Of a DNA stretch of 64,000 nucleotides, positions 62,376 through 64,000 are shown piece after piece. Made by a program: the position numbers and the translations under genes. The notes under the pieces were generated by a model. That model was not told the origin of the DNA and did no database searches. It saw only the letters and a program-made list of their open reading frames with translations. Position 1 is the first letter of the stretch; each line of letters starts with the position of its first letter. Source of the DNA: Vicinamibacteria bacterium (GTDB lineage: Bacteria; Acidobacteriota; Vicinamibacteria; Marinacidobacterales; Marinacidobacteraceae); the NCBI GenBank assembly GCA_963555995.3, contig OY821641.1, positions 3,424,001-3,488,000 of the forward strand. Direction: 5' to 3'.

Positions 62376-63275
62376 ATGCCCGCGCTGACGGAGGCCCCGC
62401 CCACGCGCCAGATCGTCTTCGGCGACAACCTCGAGACCCTGCGCGGATTCCCCGACGAGACCTTCCCCCTCATCTACATTGATCCGCCCTTCAACACGAA
62501 CCGCCGCCAGTCGCGCACCCGGCTCCGCACCGTCCGCGACCCCGACGGGGACCGCACCGGGTTCGGCGGCAACCGCTACCGGACGGTCCGGCTCGGCGCC
62601 ACCGGGTTCGACGACCGCCACGACGACTACCTCGGCTTCCTGGAGCCGCGCCTCCGGGAGGCGCACCGGGTGCTCACCCCGACGGGCAGCTTCTTCCTGC
62701 ACGTGGACTACCGCGAGGTCCACTACGCCAAGGTGCTGCTCGACGAAATCTTCGGCCGGGAATCCTTCATCAACGAGATCATCTGGGCCTACGACTACGG
62801 GGCGCGCAGCAAGAGCCGGTGGTCGCCGAAGCACGACAACCTGCTCTGGTACGCGAAGGACCCTGACAACTACACGTTCCACTACGACGAGATTGACCGC
62901 ATCCCCTATCTCGCCCCGACGCTGGTCGGCGCGGAGAAGGCCGCGCGCGGGAAGACCCCGACCGACGTCTGGTGGCACACCATCGTCAGCCCTACCGGGA
63001 AGGAACGGACGGGCTACGCGACCCAGAAGCCGCTCGGCGTCCTGGAACGGATCGTCCGCGTCCATTCGAACCCCGGCGACCGGCTACTCGATTTTTTCGC
63101 GGGTTCGGGCTCGTTCGGAGAAGCGGCCGCCCGGAACCGCCGTGATTTCGTGCTGGTGGACGACAACCCCGATGCCATCCGCATCATGACCGACCGGCTT
63201 GCGAGGTTCGGCCCCCACCTCGTCAACTGCGAAGGGGTCGCCCCGCGGCCGATCCCCGCGCCCCGACGGGCGTGA
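62376..63275 (+). CDS. Orphan N6-adenine/N4-cytosine DNA methyltransferase (beta class)
   Basis: YIDPPF precedes YATQKP and DFFAGSGS; no adjacent endonuclease. Confidence 0.92.
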   Translation: MPALTEAPPTRQIVFGDNLETLRGFPDETFPLIYIDPPFNTNRRQSRTRLRTVRDPDGDRTGFGGNRYRTVRLGATGFDDRHDDYLGFLEPRLREAHRVLTPTGSFFLHVDYREVHYAKVLLDEIFGRESFINEIIWAYDYGARSKSRWSPKHDNLLWYAKDPDNYTFHYDEIDRIPYLAPTLVGAEKAARGKTPTDVWWHTIVSPTGKERTGYATQKPLGVLERIVRVHSNPGDRLLDFFAGSGSFGEAAARNRRDFVLVDDNPDAIRIMTDRLARFGPHLVNCEGVAPRPIPAPRRA

Positions 63276-64000
63276 AGCCACTCCGCCCGGTTCCGATGGA
63301 TCGCCCCACCCGGGAAGGCCGCCGGGTGTTCGTCACCGGGGCCGCCGGGTTCATCGCACGCCGGTTGGTGGCGCGGCTTGTGGACAGCGGGGCGCGGGTC
63401 ACCGGGTTCGATCGGCGCGTGGCCGCCGGAGGCGTATCGGAGGGGCTCCGGCAAGGAGAGCTTGGGGACGCCGCGGCGCTCGGTGACGCCGTCGCCGGGG
63501 CCGGGACGGTCTTCCACCTCGCGGCGGCGAACGGCCACGCCGAGAGCATGGAGCGGCCGCTGGCCGACTTCGGCGACAACGTGTTGGGGACGATTTCGCT
63601 ACTCGCCGCGGTGGCGGAACGGGCGCCCGCCGCGCGGGTCGTCTTCGCCAGCACCCGGCAGCTCTACGGCCCCGCCGAGGGGCTGCCCGTGGACGAATCA
63701 CACCGGGTCAACCCGCCGGATGTCCACAGCGTCCACAAGGAGACGGCCGAGCACCTGGTGCGGCACAACGCCGCGGAACGCGACGCCCCCTACGCGATTC
63801 TCCGCCTCACGAACACCTACGGCCCCGGCCAGCCGCTCGACGGGCCCTCGGCGGGGTTGGCCGGCCGGTTCCTTGGAGATGCGCTGGCCGGCCGCGGGAT
63901 CACGGTGTTGGGGGACCCGGAACTGCTGCGGGACTTCAACCACGTGGACGACGTGGTGGACGCGTTGCTGCTCGCCGGGCAGCCGGAGGCGCCGTCGGGA
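63272..64000 (+). CDS. NAD-dependent epimerase/dehydratase (partial, runs off the window end)
   Basis: Hand translation: VFVTGAAGFIA, VFHLAA, FASTRQLYG, LRLTNTYGPGQ; start GTG 63272 or ATG 63296. Confidence 0.88.
   Translation, partial: MKPLRPVPMDRPTREGRRVFVTGAAGFIARRLVARLVDSGARVTGFDRRVAAGGVSEGLRQGELGDAAALGDAVAGAGTVFHLAAANGHAESMERPLADFGDNVLGTISLLAAVAERAPAARVVFASTRQLYGPAEGLPVDESHRVNPPDVHSVHKETAEHLVRHNAAERDAPYAILRLTNTYGPGQPLDGPSAGLAGRFLGDALAGRGITVLGDPELLRDFNHVDDVVDALLLAGQPEAPSG

Overview
High-GC (about 70%) bacterial chromosome segment spanning the replication origin. The gene content (elbB-E ether-lipid genes, split atp operon, sup-like PKS) suggests an Acidobacteriota-like organism, possibly a sponge symbiont; this is inference only. 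In order: (1) the 5' part of a type I PKS (KS with Cys->Ser, ACP, second KS) with an alpha/beta hydrolase and a free ACP; (2) an RND permease; (3) a LysW amino-group-carrier operon (lysW-X-Y-Z-J) with no lysK but an embedded class II amidotransferase/Ntn hydrolase; (4) a decayed AbiEii-type toxin-antitoxin pair and a TPR protein; (5) an uncharacterised Sec/Tat-exported three-gene operon; (6) lipid genes (CDP-alcohol transferase, DAG kinase, elbB-E, fabH); (7) yyaL and tandem paralogous membrane proteins; (8) the F1/b/b'/delta ATP synthase genes; (9) bactofilin-parB-parA-parS-rsmG-yidC-yidD-rnpA-rpmH, then dnaA-oriC-dnaN-gyrB-gyrA; (10) pyrE, uvrD, N-terminally reduced glmS/glmU, rsmI, an orphan amino-methyltransferase and an epimerase. 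Intergenic REP-like palindromes recur. RTCGAY hexamers look strongly depleted across the window. Best candidate for an undescribed system: an EgtC-like gamma-glutamyl hydrolase standing in for LysK in a LysW pathway. All calls come from motif recognition by eye; no searches were run.
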